DNA of 32,000 bases from Candidatus Saccharimonadota bacterium. Its GTDB lineage: Bacteria > Pseudomonadota > Alphaproteobacteria > Rickettsiales > Anaplasmataceae. A program made the position numbers and the translations under genes. The DNA is taken from the NCBI RefSeq assembly GCF_025021925.1, contig NZ_CP092368.1:1-32000 (forward strand), read 5' to 3'. Below, in pieces: positions 30,720-32,000 of this stretch (position 1 is the stretch's first letter; every line of letters starts with the position of its first letter). Below the pieces are notes generated by a model. It saw nothing but the letters and a program-made list of their open reading frames with translations. It was not told where the DNA came from and did no database searches.

Positions 30720-32000
30720 ATGTTTTTTATAAATTTCATGTATAGTCACCAAGCAAAGGTGTTAATATCAAATATTCTCTGTAGATCTGCAATATGGTAT
30801 GAGCATATGATTTTTATTGATCTAGCTAATGTTATCAGCAGAGAATTTTGTTACGCAAAAGATACGTATTATAATATTCTACAACTCTTTGGGATAGCAG
30901 GACTCAGTGCTATGGTGAGACCAATTGGCGCATGTATTTTTGGTCATATTGGTGATAAATATGGAAGAAAGATAGTTTTACCAATTGCTATATTATTAAT
31001 ATCAATTCCATCCAGTCTAATAGCATTTATTCCCAGTTATAATAAAATGGGAATCAGCGCTACTATATTGCTTCTCATAATATATATGATACAAGGCATT
31101 GCACTTGGTGCTGAACAAGGAGGTAGTTCTGTTTATCTTATGGAGCATTTACCTAATAAGAAAAAAACACTAGGTATTTTCTTTGGAATAGTCAGTTGTG
31201 GACGTTCCATTGGAATCTTATTATCTGTTATTATTATAGTTATTTGTAAACAAACTACAGATTTTAATGCGTGGGGTTGGAGATTGCCTTTCACTTGCTC
31301 ATCTTTTTTAGGTATAATGAGTGCATATATGTTATATAAGTTAGGAGAAACTCCTACATATGAACATCAAATTAAACAAAGACATTTATCTAGCGTACCA
31401 GCAATAGAATTAATTCATAATCATAAGAAGGCTTTTATACTTGCTATATTAATTTCTATACCTGTTAATGTTGCTGTAGGATTTGCTATATTTCTACGAA
31501 CTCTCGCAAAAGAAATAGTATCAGTTGAAATATATGCAACAACATATATTAATGAAATTGTATTAATTATCACTAGCATTCTTATGCCTATTTCCTCAAT
31601 TGCTTTAGGCGCATTAGCTGATAAAATAGGAAAAGAATATACTGCAATACTCTTTATTATGATGATAATCTTACTATGTTGTCCAATATTATCTCTTGCA
31701 TTTTATTATAAAAGTTACCTATTAATTATGTTAAGCATTATGGCTATCTCTATAATAGAAAGAGGGATCAATCCTATCGGAATAGTCGTATCAGAACTTT
31801 TTCCAACACACATAAGATTTAGTGGTGTGAGTTTATCACGCAATATTTCATATGCATTACATGGAGGCTTAACACCAATGATTTGCATTTGGTTGACCGT
31901 GAAATTTCCTGAAATCAGTTTTATTGCAGGATTCTATATAATCTTTTGCTTATTGATTAGTTTGATAGCGATATTGCATATCAAACCACAAGATAAAAAT
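30720..32000 (+). CDS. MFS transporter, ProP-like (proline/betaine-type) family; 3' end runs off window
   Basis: Open frame from ATG 30720 to the window end (427 codons, no stop; absent from the ORF track because it is unterminated). It is polytopic, with the MFS loop motif GHIGDKYGRKIVL, GAEQGGSSVYLMEH, and ELFPTHIRFSGVSLSRNISYALHGGLTP, which is typical of ProP/MHS-family paralogs that are abundant in Rickettsiales. Confidence 0.8.
   Translation, partial: MFFINFMYSHQAKVLISNILCRSAIWYEHMIFIDLANVISREFCYAKDTYYNILQLFGIAGLSAMVRPIGACIFGHIGDKYGRKIVLPIAILLISIPSSLIAFIPSYNKMGISATILLLIIYMIQGIALGAEQGGSSVYLMEHLPNKKKTLGIFFGIVSCGRSIGILLSVIIIVICKQTTDFNAWGWRLPFTCSSFLGIMSAYMLYKLGETPTYEHQIKQRHLSSVPAIELIHNHKKAFILAILISIPVNVAVGFAIFLRTLAKEIVSVEIYATTYINEIVLIITSILMPISSIALGALADKIGKEYTAILFIMMIILLCCPILSLAFYYKSYLLIMLSIMAISIIERGINPIGIVVSELFPTHIRFSGVSLSRNISYALHGGLTPMICIWLTVKFPEISFIAGFYIIFCLLISLIAILHIKPQDKN

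Overview
This window looks like core chromosome from a very AT-rich, reduced alphaproteobacterial endosymbiont or obligate intracellular bacterium. The gene content and arrangement fit Anaplasmataceae (Ehrlichia/Neoehrlichia/Wolbachia-like): the 23S-5S rRNA pair is unlinked from 16S, carA/purL/tal/metK are present, NrdA lacks an ATP-cone, and there is a ProP-like MFS transporter. That taxonomic call is inference, since no search was possible.

I can support about 23 intact protein genes: carA, tal, atpC, atpD, pstC, rpmH, rnpA, nrdA, ruvX, ruvC, coxC, metK, rpmA, rplU, gatB, purL, a YhhQ/VUT-like membrane protein, bamE, nrdB, dnaG, an rpiB-ubiG fused ORF, metG, dnaB and a 3'-partial MFS transporter. 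I also support 23S and 5S rRNA, four tRNAs (Gly-UCC, Tyr-GUA, Ile-GAU, Leu-CAA), and one heavily frameshifted EF-Tu (tuf) pseudogene at the left edge. The genes are housekeeping genes scattered without classical operon context.

I found no CRISPR array, transposase or IS, phage or integrase gene, toxin-antitoxin pair, defence system or secretion cluster, and I do not see a convincing novel multi-gene system.

The observations worth a second look concern gene architecture and genome erosion:
- the tuf pseudogene
- an rpmA stop codon buried inside tRNA-Ile
- the rpiB-ubiG fusion
- a large-type PurL without a glutaminase domain
- an AtpC reduced to its beta-sandwich domain
- degenerate direct repeats plus a tRNA-fragment-like copy flanking tRNA-Leu
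- a 38-nt near-perfect palindrome at the metG/dnaB convergence
- a 21-bp tandem duplication
- two unusually long AT-rich spacers

All coordinates for RNA genes, promoters and repeats were derived by hand and may be off by a few nucleotides.
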